Origin: Candidatus Thorarchaeota archaeon
GTDB lineage: Archaea; Asgardarchaeota; Thorarchaeia; Thorarchaeales; Thorarchaeaceae
Length of the DNA stretch: 33,111 nucleotides
Assembly (NCBI GenBank): GCA_038893995.1
Contig: JAWAQK010000014.1
Coordinates: forward strand, 1 to 33,111
Reading direction: 5' to 3'
The notes below the pieces were generated by a model, which saw only the letters and a program-made list of their open reading frames with translations, ran no database searches and was not told the origin of the DNA. The translations under genes were made by a program, and so were the position numbers. Shown piece by piece: positions 8,713-19,200 of the stretch; positions within the stretch are counted from its first letter, which is position 1, and the number at the start of each line of letters is the position of its first letter.

Positions 8713-10296
8713 ATGACGCGACTAGGAATCACTGACACGACACTCAGGGATGCACACCAGTCTCTCATTGCGACGAGGCTCCGTACTGAAGACATGCTGC
8801 CCGTGTGTGAGAAGATCGACCGTGTCGGCTTTCACTCAGTCGAGATGTGGGGTGGGGCCACCTTCGACACCATGATGCGATACCTGGACGAGGATCCGTG
8901 GGAACGAGTAGAACTACTCCGAGATACAATGAAGCACACCAAGTTTCAGATGCTCCTGCGTGGATCAAACATCGTTGGGTACAGACAGTATCCTGACGAC
9001 GTACTCGAGGCATTTGTCCACGAGGCCATCAAGGTCGGAGTTGACATATTCAGAGTATTCGATGCACTGAACGACGTACGCAACATGGAAATGGCAATGC
9101 GATTCATCAAGAAGGAGGGTGGTAGTGTTCAGGCGAGCCTGAGCTACACCATCAGCCCGGTACATACGATTGACAAGTTTATCCAGATTGCCAGGGAACT
9201 TGCCTCGCTTGAGGCGGACTCTATCTGTATCAAGGACATGGCCGGCCTGATCTCTCCACAGGTTGCCTATGAGCTGGTCCTACGACTGAAGGAGGAAATC
9301 GGTCTACCGGTGCAGCTCCATTCTCATTACACAAGTGGGATGGCCTCTATGGCGTATCTGAAGGCAGCAGAGGCGGGTGTGGATGTTGTAGACTGTGCAA
9401 TCTCTTCGCTGTCGATGGCCACATCACAGCCCGCGATAGAGTCGATCGTCGAAGCAATGAGGGGTACCGAACGAGACACAGGTCTTGACATGTCCCTCCT
9501 CGGCCAGATCGCAGACTACTTCCGAAAGGTGCGTCGCAAGTACAGTCAGTTCGAGGGTACACTCCAGGGCGTTGACCCGCAGGTACTCGTCTACCAGATA
9601 CCTGGTGGGATGCTGTCTAACCTTGACAATCAGCTTCGTGAACAGAACGCAATCGACAAGTACGAAGAGGTACTCGCAGAGGTTCCCCGAGTCCGCGCAG
9701 AACTTGGGTATCCCCCTCTTGTGACACCAACGAGCCAGATTGTCGGTACTCAGGCCACACTCAACGTCATAACTGGTGAGCGATACAAGGTGGTTCCCAA
9801 TGAGGTCCGGCAGTACGTTAGGGGATTCTATGGACGTCCGCCAGGTGAGATCGATCCTGAGATCAAGAAGATCATACTTGGAAACGAGCTCCCGCTGGAA
9901 CAGAGACCGGCAGCACTTCTCGAACCCGGTATGCCCCGTGCCAAAGTTGCATTGAAGGACATCCCGCACCTACCACGAGACGAGGTCTCGTATGCCCTGT
10001 TTCCCCAGTACGCTCTGGAGTTTCTGAAGCGGAAGACGGAGCGGAAGCACAAGGGGGTCATGTCGGCCGAACAACAGGCCGCGCTAATAGTCGCCGCCCT
10101 GCATATTGCATCAACATCCTCTACTGCTGTGGCTCGAAAACTACAAACATCGGCCAGCGGATGGTCGGTGAGCAGCAATGATGCCACATCGACTATCCGA
10201 ACAAGTCGTGGTGGATGGCTGAGGTCTTCATCCCCCTGGGTGATATCAGGCCGAGTTCAGGCGGTGCGAAACAGGCAACAGGGGGTCGAACGATGA
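8713..10296 (+). CDS. Pyruvate/oxaloacetate carboxyltransferase (PycB/OadA/transcarboxylase 5S family) lacking a biotinyl domain, with an epsilon-subunit-like C-terminal extension
   Basis: LRDAHQSLIATR, WGGATFD, FRVFDALND, CIKDMAG, HSH, PGGMLSNL, PLVTPTSQIVG motifs; no AMKM motif. Confidence 0.92.
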   Translation: MTRLGITDTTLRDAHQSLIATRLRTEDMLPVCEKIDRVGFHSVEMWGGATFDTMMRYLDEDPWERVELLRDTMKHTKFQMLLRGSNIVGYRQYPDDVLEAFVHEAIKVGVDIFRVFDALNDVRNMEMAMRFIKKEGGSVQASLSYTISPVHTIDKFIQIARELASLEADSICIKDMAGLISPQVAYELVLRLKEEIGLPVQLHSHYTSGMASMAYLKAAEAGVDVVDCAISSLSMATSQPAIESIVEAMRGTERDTGLDMSLLGQIADYFRKVRRKYSQFEGTLQGVDPQVLVYQIPGGMLSNLDNQLREQNAIDKYEEVLAEVPRVRAELGYPPLVTPTSQIVGTQATLNVITGERYKVVPNEVRQYVRGFYGRPPGEIDPEIKKIILGNELPLEQRPAALLEPGMPRAKVALKDIPHLPRDEVSYALFPQYALEFLKRKTERKHKGVMSAEQQAALIVAALHIASTSSTAVARKLQTSASGWSVSSNDATSTIRTSRGGWLRSSSPWVISGRVQAVRNRQQGVER

Positions 10297-10817
10297 GTCA
10301 CAAGTACTCACTCAGACTCGATGACAAGGTCTTCACGGCGGAACTTGAGCGTCTGGATGATGGAGGCCTCCTGATGGTCAAGATATCCGGCCAGACTTAC
10401 GCCTTCAAACCCGAGGTCCAGAATGATGGAACCCTCATGCTGAACGATACGGTATCTTCACACACAGTCAAGATTCTGGCACGTTCTGGAAACAGAGTCA
10501 CTGTGGATCTAGACGGACGCAGATTGGAGGTCGTCCTGGAGAGGACAAGGGCGGAACATACACTGGGTGTGACAACGGGCGTACAGACACCTGGCAAGAG
10601 AGTAAAGGGGGGCGTGTACCCTCCAATGCCTGGCAAGATAACGGACGTGCTAGTCAGGGTGGGTGACACGGTGAAGTCCGGTCAGGCTGTCTGCATACTC
10701 GAGGCCATGAAGATGTTCAATGAACTCAAGGCTCCTATTGACGGTGTGGTCAGACAGGTCAACGTCAAGCTGGGCTCTACAGTGAAGCTCGATGACCTCC
10801 TGGTATTGATTGAATAG
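10293..10817 (+). CDS. Biotin carboxyl carrier protein with an N-terminal beta-rich domain
   Basis: PMPGKI...LEAMKMFNE biotinylation motif; ATG 10293 overlaps the upstream TGA (ATGA). Confidence 0.92.
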   Translation: MSHKYSLRLDDKVFTAELERLDDGGLLMVKISGQTYAFKPEVQNDGTLMLNDTVSSHTVKILARSGNRVTVDLDGRRLEVVLERTRAEHTLGVTTGVQTPGKRVKGGVYPPMPGKITDVLVRVGDTVKSGQAVCILEAMKMFNELKAPIDGVVRQVNVKLGSTVKLDDLLVLIE

Positions 10818-10830
10818 GTCTGTGATCATC

Positions 10831-11997
10831 ATGGAACCGGTGTACATCACAGGAGTGGGGATGACTCAGTTCGGGACACTTCCGGACTCGTTAGTGTCTA
10901 TGGCTCATGCGGCTGCAGTCGAGGCGGTGCGGGACTCAGGGGCTGAAGGCGTCAAGATCGATAGGCTCATTGTTGGGACTCAGAATCCTGATGAATTCAC
11001 TGGGCAGGGTCACGCATCCACGTTACTGGCTGATGATCTTGGTCTGGTGCCCTGCGGAGCGACTAGGGTCGAGTCAGGTCCATCATCCGGCTCCAGCGCG
11101 ATTGAGGTGGCCTTTGCACTTGTGGCCTCAGGGTTGGCCAGAAGTGTGCTGGTCATAGGCGTCGAGAAGATGTCCGGTGTGGACAGGTCCGTGGCCTCCC
11201 GCATCCTGGCAAAGATGATGTCCTACGAGAATGAGACTCGCTACGGAGGCACACCTGCCTCCATGGCCGCCATGATGGCCCGTCGTTACATGCATGAGTA
11301 CGGTCTCTCCAGGGATGATCTCTCTCTCATTCCTGTCAAGGCACACCGCAACGGCTCGAAGAATCCGCTGGCCCATTTCAGGAGTGAGCTTACAGTGGAT
11401 AAGGTGAACACATCACGGATAGTGTCATACCCACTCACGGTCTATGACTGCTGCCCGACGAGTGATGGTGCTGCTGCCGCGTTAGTTGCATCGAAGCAGT
11501 TTGCAAACGAAGTTGGTGCGCTTGATAGGGCCGTTCAGATAGTTGGCATTGGTCACGCAACAGACTTTCATGCCGTCCAACACAGAGATTCACTCACATC
11601 GATGGCTGCCACAGTCATGGCCTCACGGGACGCATTCCGGATGGCCGACCTGTCGCCGAAGGACGTAGATGTCTGCGAGCTGCACGATGCATTCTCCATA
11701 CTCGAGCTGATAGACATGGAGGACATCGGGTTTGCGCCGAGGGGTCAGGCAATAACAGTCGTTCGTGAGGGAATGACAGAGGTATCGGGAAGCATCCCTG
11801 TGAACACCACTGGAGGTCTCAAGGCCAGAGGTCATCCGACTGGAGCCACTGGTGTGGCGCAAATACGTGATCTCGTCCTGCAGCTACGTCAGGAGCACCT
11901 TCCTGGAATTCAGGTCGACTCGCCGTCGGTGGGTCTGAGCCACAACATCGGTGGCTTTGGAAACAATATGGTCGTCACGATCCTCAGGACTCCGTGA
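10831..11997 (+). CDS. SCP-x/archaeal-type thiolase-fold protein, nucleophile Cys absent
   Basis: GVGMT.FG, GVEKM, NPLAH, DCCPTSDGAAA, ELHDAF, GGLKARGHP.GATG, HNIGG motifs; ESGPSSG where E.ACASG is expected. Confidence 0.88.
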   Translation: MEPVYITGVGMTQFGTLPDSLVSMAHAAAVEAVRDSGAEGVKIDRLIVGTQNPDEFTGQGHASTLLADDLGLVPCGATRVESGPSSGSSAIEVAFALVASGLARSVLVIGVEKMSGVDRSVASRILAKMMSYENETRYGGTPASMAAMMARRYMHEYGLSRDDLSLIPVKAHRNGSKNPLAHFRSELTVDKVNTSRIVSYPLTVYDCCPTSDGAAAALVASKQFANEVGALDRAVQIVGIGHATDFHAVQHRDSLTSMAATVMASRDAFRMADLSPKDVDVCELHDAFSILELIDMEDIGFAPRGQAITVVREGMTEVSGSIPVNTTGGLKARGHPTGATGVAQIRDLVLQLRQEHLPGIQVDSPSVGLSHNIGGFGNNMVVTILRTP

Positions 11998-12032
11998 CAT
12001 GGGCCTCTTGCCCGTATTCATTCAAGATTCTC

Positions 12033-12040
12033 TTATTAAT
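12033..12040 (+). promoter_or_regulatory. Putative TATA box for the 12135 locus
   Basis: TTATTAAT in the intergenic gap about 95 nt upstream of the ATG; GAGGT SD before ATG 12135. Confidence 0.4.
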
Positions 12041-12134
12041 TGTATGGACTCCTATCTATTGAATTGCCGCAGTGATCTGCAGTTGGTTGTCACGGCGTTA
12101 TGGGCCAGTCAGATTGTCTGAGAGGTCATAAGGT

Positions 12135-13295
12135 ATGCCAGAAGGTCTAGCCGTCCTAAAATGGGATGATGAACTTGGTCCCGTGGTCACTGCAAAGGCT
12201 CCGAAGAGCCTGCAGCTGGGACTTGATCCGACCACGTCGATGCGCGTGTATGGTATTGCCACGCTAGGGGAAACAGAAGAGTCCCAGAAACCGAGCTTCA
12301 GTGCCCTGACGTTTCCAGACTTCAAGCTGGCAGTCTACTACGGAGGGCTCAACATGCATCTGAAGGGGCTTCCCTCAATGGTGTTTCTTGTGCTATCCCC
12401 TGATGAGGACCCCGACCTCTACAAGGATGCTGTGCCTGAGATTGCAACACAGATCTTCCTGAATTCAGAGGGCAACAAGTATGTAGAAATGGTCCCCAAG
12501 CTCTTCGCACAGGTGGCCCGGTACACTCAGATGTCCGCCGAACAGAAGAGGGCCTCCGTGCTTCACGATCCAGTGAGGCGTACTATCCTACAGACCCTGA
12601 TGAGAGATGGAACAATACAGTCCTCGGATCTGGAGAGGATCATCTTCGAAGAGGTCGGGAAGAAAGTCGATGTGGACATTGTCCTGAGACCGATGATCAA
12701 GATGGGGATCATTGCGACCGACTGGGTTGAGGGTCTCTCTTCTGAGGTGATCTATCTAGTCCGGGCGATATTGGTCCTACGCATGGTTCCTGATGCAGTA
12801 CTGAGACAGGTGTCCTCAGGTCGCATGCCCCCGTCTGTGGCTGACCAATACCTAGATGCCTCGAAGAAATACCATCGTAGTTACATCGCAAGACTCCGGA
12901 AGGACCTTGCTGAGACCATCTGGGATGAGGCAGCATCACTGGCCGGGCTCCTCGTGGACTTCGATTCATACAGCATCCTGACCAATCTCCGCGAGAACGT
13001 CCTCGATGTTGACCAGCTCAGTGCAATCCTGGGGCTGGAGAAACCGACGCTACGGAAACGGCTCAAGAGCCTGGAAGATGCGCACATAGTCATCCGCCTT
13101 ACTGACGAGGACGGACGTGAACTTGTAATGCTCAAGTCCGACCCTCAGGTAGTCACTCTATACCCGTCGTGGCTGATACAGAGGACGGTAGATCTCTACA
13201 ACGATGGCGATATTCCCCCTCGACAGGCCAGTCACTATCTCGAGCTGTTGAAGACGTATTATCCAAGCAGGAAGGTCACAAGGGAGGTGGCGTAG
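12135..13295 (+). CDS. Longin/uDENN-like domain plus two winged-helix domains (NPRL2-like architecture)
   Basis: N-terminal LAVLKWDDELGPVVTAKAP resembles the uDENN/NPR2 F..GP.I...P hairpin. Winged-helix patterns: DPVRRTILQTL...LRPMIKMGII and LSAILGLEKPTLRKRLKSLEDAHIV. Confidence 0.6.
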   Translation: MPEGLAVLKWDDELGPVVTAKAPKSLQLGLDPTTSMRVYGIATLGETEESQKPSFSALTFPDFKLAVYYGGLNMHLKGLPSMVFLVLSPDEDPDLYKDAVPEIATQIFLNSEGNKYVEMVPKLFAQVARYTQMSAEQKRASVLHDPVRRTILQTLMRDGTIQSSDLERIIFEEVGKKVDVDIVLRPMIKMGIIATDWVEGLSSEVIYLVRAILVLRMVPDAVLRQVSSGRMPPSVADQYLDASKKYHRSYIARLRKDLAETIWDEAASLAGLLVDFDSYSILTNLRENVLDVDQLSAILGLEKPTLRKRLKSLEDAHIVIRLTDEDGRELVMLKSDPQVVTLYPSWLIQRTVDLYNDGDIPPRQASHYLELLKTYYPSRKVTREVA

Positions 13296-16200
13296 ATGGT
13301 GCGAGAATGCAAGTATCTACTCATATTCATCGCAGTACTGATGATGGTATCCACAGCGACGCTGGGTGGAGAGCCTACTCAGGACCGAGAGAGTATTGAA
13401 CTCGTCCCCGTGAGTCTGAATTCGCACTCATCCTTGGATGAGTCTACCCCGTGGTGGAATACTACGTACTACTACCGTCGGCATGTCAACATCACCGACC
13501 AGTACAACACGCCTCGTGTCGATGTGCCATTCCACCTCAATCTGGAGTTTGATAACAACACATGCTACAAGGACTCGATTCGGATAGTAGACCAGAACGG
13601 GAATGAGGTCCCCTCTCAGGTCTACAAACAGACATACTGGGAGGACACCGACTATCTGAAGACCGCATCCGTGTTCTGGTACGCCAATGTCCCGAAGCAG
13701 AGCACTGCGACCTACTGGATCTACTACTCCAGCCTCAAGACTATTGAGCCCGCCGTCTATTCGCCAGTCGTCTGGTTTGCAAGGACCATCGGCACCCTCT
13801 CTGGCAAATTCGGACCCAATTACTGGAGCTTCCGAGGAGACTGGTACAACGTGACGATGTACAATGCAGCCGGAGGAAAGATGACCAACGGAGCGCACAA
13901 GATGGCTGACGGCTCTTGGAACTGGAACTGGGGTACCAATCAGGGCAGCATGCACTGGAACCCTGATGGTCTGGGCGGCGGAGCCACCAGCAATATTGCT
14001 CCAATCTCAGGCACCACGTTCGTCAACGTGAATGGTCCTCTGTTCATCAACTATACTACTCAGGTCCCATTCGGCTCCTACGCCAAGATGAATGTGACCT
14101 ACACGTTCTACAGATGGGGCTGGACCTTCAGGACATATATCCTGTACTCAGGGACTATATCAGGAAGTGGCAGGACCGATGAGTGGGTATTCTATCCCTA
14201 CACCACGATCGAGGCCATAAAGGTGGATGAGGATCTCACCCAGACCTACTATCCAAACTGGGTTCAGAACTCTAACGTCGGAAAGCCTGCGGGTTTCGGT
14301 TGGTGGAACACCAATGGTATCTCTCACGGGACTGTCCGGATCTCACATAACAGCTGGAACACGAATCCCTCGTATCCCAATGACTACGACAAATATTACT
14401 ACCGATGGTTGGACCAATCAGCATACGAGTACTGGGACACAGTGATCCCGACGATCTACGCCATACCTGGAACAGTCCTTGAAGAAACGTGTGCGTTTGC
14501 AGTCTGGAATGGAGCCGAGGGACGCGATGGTTACATGCGCGTGTTCAACGCCACATCTCCATTCATATCCCTACAGCGTAGTCTGTCTGGTGTGTCTTCG
14601 TACTCCTTCAGGATACGAGTCCAAGACCTGGGCGGCACTCGCATCTCGGGTGCCAATGTCACCCTTCTCAATGCAACCAGTGGTGTCAGGCTGTACAAGT
14701 TGACAGGCGAGCCTTACACCGCCCTGACGAATGCAGACGGTGAGGTCATATTCACGGGTCTAATGAACAAGACGTACAGGATAGTGGTGTGGTCCAATAC
14801 AGCATCATGGCTCGACGAGGAGAGCGGCTCTACTGGACTGAATGTCACATGGGCTGAAAACCGGGCGGCCACAGGTCCGTTCACGCCAGTTTCAGTCACA
14901 CTGAACATGGCATCGATAACTCTGACCCTGAGGGATCTCATGGGTGACCTTGTTGGCACTCAAGGTCCCGAGATACTGCAAGCACGTGTCTACAACGGCA
15001 GCGATCCCGACCCGAGCGCGTGGAAGTACATGGACTACGAGCTCGCTTCCGGATCTGGTACCGTGACTTTCACGCGACTGCCAAGATGCGACTGGGTATT
15101 CATGTTCTTCTACTCAAATGCTGACACTGGTCATACCTACCAATGGAAGGACTTCAGAGAGTACGCGTCATATCGCATACCCCGGACGGAGATAACAGGC
15201 GATCTTCAGAGGTCGTGGGTACTCCCACTCGTCACAGTGGACTTCAATGTCAAGGCATATGATCTCTCGAATGTTGCAAACGCCTATGTTCTTCTCTCGA
15301 AGAAGGGCACTGGAGACCCCTATCCTCCGGATGGCACTTCCTCAAGGTATAACGTCACTCACTACACGGACGCGACCGGCAATGTCAGGTTCTACCGAAT
15401 ACTGAATGGCACATGGAACATCTTCCTCTACAAGTACGACGACTTCGGTCAGCTGGCATACAATTCCACTGAGCAACTCTCGAACATTCAGGGATATTCG
15501 AGTAGGAACCTCCTCATACCACTGACATCACTGAGAGTCCTTGTTCAGGACACCTCCGGTTACCGTGTGCCCGGAGCACAGGTCAATGTGTCGATCAGTT
15601 CACAGTACCTGGTGACCGCATACACTGACACATCAGGATGGTGTAATTTCACCTATATTCGAGCGTCCACCTCCTACACGGTCGTGGTGTCCAAGTCTTG
15701 GTACACGTCACCCTCACAGGCTGTGTACGCCGGACGTAACTTCTACCAATACAATGTCATCCAGTTCCAGGGTCTGACCTATAACGGACTGTACACAGAG
15801 CTGAACTGTTCTGTGTCCTCCTTGTCAGTGACCTATGGTGCCATCATACAGATCCAGGTAGGTTGGTTCAACCGAACCGGAACCGCGTCAAACTATGTAG
15901 ATACCCCGCTGAGCAACTATGCTCAGGGATGGATCAACTTCACCATCATCCACGATGGCATCGTTGTTGCCAGAGGCAGTTGGAATGGGACGGGCTACTA
16001 TCTCATCACGTACATGAGTGGAATCAACTTCCAGGCAACAATAGGTACAATCACACTCAATCTAGATACCAGTTCTATTCCGTACTTGATCAAGTTTGAG
16101 GCACATGCCCCCGGATACAGCGATCCTCAGCCACTCGTCGTACCTCTCGTTGTCTCGGTGTCTCAGACTACGGCATTGGGTCCGACACAGAGGTCCGTAT

Positions 16201-19200
16201 ACTGGATGGATGGGGTCGTACTCTATTACTCACTCTATGCGACTCAATACGGATACAACTTGACTGGGCTATCCTATTACAACTACTCTATCTACACGTC
16301 GCCGGAGTACACACCAGCGTCCCGAATCTCCTTCGGAACTCTTCAATACGTTGGCAATGGAGTCTATCGTTTCAGTAATGCATTGTTGAACGCATCTGAT
16401 GTTGGAACGTACTATGTCTTGATCTGGCTCTACAAGCACAACTACGTCAACAGGACTGTGTCGCTCAGGGTGGTCATCAACCCGGTCGCAACTGTGCTGA
16501 ACTGGGTCACTCAGCCCGTCAACTACACATGGGGCGCAGGTCCGCAGTCAGTCACACTGATCCTCTGGGACACCGTTCATGGTGTTCCCATAACAGGCTC
16601 CAATTCAGTCACCATCTACTGGATCGATCAGACCACGATGAAGACAGTCTTGGTGGTCCAGAGCTCTAGCCTCACCTATGCCTACTCGTCAACGGTAGTC
16701 GGTGCGGGATCGTGGAAGCTGAGGGTAGTCGTCAGTAATCCCAACTGCCTCCCCTCTGAAACCGTTTCCAATCTATTTGTGGTTCAGCCCCGCCCCACAG
16801 AAGTGGTATTGACAACGGATGACAGTGTGACTGTTCTCTGGGGTTCGCAGTACGCAACCTTCGGTTTCATATATCGACACACGGACCCCGTTTCCGTAAT
16901 TGTTGGTGCCAGACTGATATCGATCAATTGGAGTGGAGAGGTGATCCTCACTGACAATGGCGACGGCACCTATCAGTTGAGACTATTACCGGTCGGCGTA
17001 GCCAGGAATCAGACAGTAGTGTTCACTGTATGGATTGCCAATAGAACAAGTGCTTCGCAGTCCGTGACGGTCAGGGTATTGATACCGCTGCATGCAGATG
17101 CCCTTGGTGGCTCTTCGCCACAGAGTCCTGTGAGAGAGTACTACACCCGCCAGTTTGTACTAAGAGTAGTTGTTGGCGATCAGTCTAATCAGTCCGCATT
17201 TGTCTCTGGCGTGGTCGTGCGGTTCGTCTTCCCTGCAGCAGGTCTAGATGGATACATGGTCGAGAACTCGACCGGAGGATACTACTGGGTGAGCTTCGCC
17301 GCATCGGTCGTGTCTGGCGCGGGACTATACGAGATATGGATCTACGCGTCACGGATCGGATGCAGCCCCGCCTCCACCAAGATATTCATCGAGGTGGTGG
17401 CGACACCGACTCAGGCGACTGCAGAGAATCAGGTGCTGACGGTCTACTATGCGGACACCTTCCTGCTGAACTACACGTGGACTATCACGATCGATGACCT
17501 TGCCGGGATATCGAACCCCGACTCGATCACTGTGACCCTGTGGCGAGGTTCGCAACTCATTGGCACATATCCCGGTACGATCAACGAGGTCAGCCCTGGC
17601 AGATATCAATTCGTCGTCAGTACAGCATCTCTGGGCATGTCTGCACTGCATCCGTTGTATCCCACTGTCTACTACTTTGTGATCACGATGTCTAAGATGG
17701 GCTACCAGGATCCTCTCGCTGCTACAGTCGTCGTGTTGGTCTTGCAGACCCCGACCAAGATGATCGCCGAGGCCGTCGCTCCCGTGACATGGGCTGACGA
17801 CCTCGTGGTACGAGTGACACTGTGGGACCTGATTCATGGTACCCCTGTGTGGACAGGTGCAGTCGTGACATTTGTCCACGGATCTTTCTCTGCTCAGATG
17901 ACATCTTTGAACAATGGTACGTTCATACTCGTGGCAGACTCATCGATGGCATTCAGTGCTATGCAGGATTGGCAAACAGCTGAGATCACCTACACGTTGC
18001 CCAACTATGTCGATGGCAAGATCACGGTGCAGGTATTGGTCCAACCCAGACCAGCTCACATCATCGTGATCGATCCGCCACAGAGCTCGTATACATACGG
18101 CGACTCGTTTGCAATACGACTCCAGGTCGCCGTGAATCAGACCATGGCATTGCTTCAAGACTGTACGTTGAGGTACTATTGGAGTGGACACCCCACCATC
18201 GGTGGAGCATTGCCATTCTCTGGAAGCTGGTACCAGGGAAGCATTGATACTGGCAGGGTCCCCGCGGGTAACTATTCACTCGTCGTGGAGGCGACTAGAG
18301 GAAACTATACTATCCGGTCTCTAGCGTTCTTGATCGAAGTAAGACCTCTGAAGGCAACCCTCACAAGTAGTGATGGTCTGATTGTCCATGCGATCTACGG
18401 GGCCGAGTACAGCAGGCAGATTCGTCTCTCGTACACGTATGGAGGAGTCCCAATCCCCGGTGCACTTGTGACACTGTACTGGGCGGGTCGTCTGCTGTCC
18501 ACGACCATGACTGATGGAGAGTACGTCTTCGTATTCAACCCATCAGAAGACACATCGCTGACAGTGCCAGGTCAGTGCAACCTGATCTTCACTGCTTCGA
18601 AGACAAACTACTCCACAGAGACTCTCATCATCGTTCTGAGGCTCTCTGCTGCGACCGCCGTTCAGGGAGGGCCATATCGTGTGGAGTATGAGCAGACCTT
18701 ACAGCTAGAGTTCAGGTACTGGGACATTGTCAATGACCAGGCGGTCCCCGGCGCCACGGTCTACTACAGGATTGGTGATGGACCTCTCGTTCCAGTGACA
18801 TTGACCCAGTTCGATGGAGAGAAATACACGGTCCTCATTCCGGCGTCTGAGATCGGCCAGGTCAGACCTGACCCCTATCTCATATACATAATCGCCTCGG
18901 CGTACGGCTATCAGAACTGGACCCAAATGGCCACCGGGAACGCAATTGTCGTCTACGTGGACCCGCCAACAATCAATATCATGGGCATCATCAGGGTGCC
19001 CCGAGACACGCTTGTCATGGTCCTGTTGATGACAGCGTCATTTGCTGCGATTGTCGTTGGTTACCGCGCGGTCAAGAGTTGGAAAGTCCCATTCCATATC
19101 AAGCAGATAGACCGTGCACTGAAGGACATTGAATCGGGCCGAAAGGCACGAATCGCGGAAACCAAGACGATGGGTGAGGCCATCTCTGAGCTCCTTGCGC

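Noticed and set aside
10215-10292. N-terminal extension of the biotin carrier ORF
   Set aside because: It overlaps the upstream gene; the ATGA overlap at 10293 is the better start.
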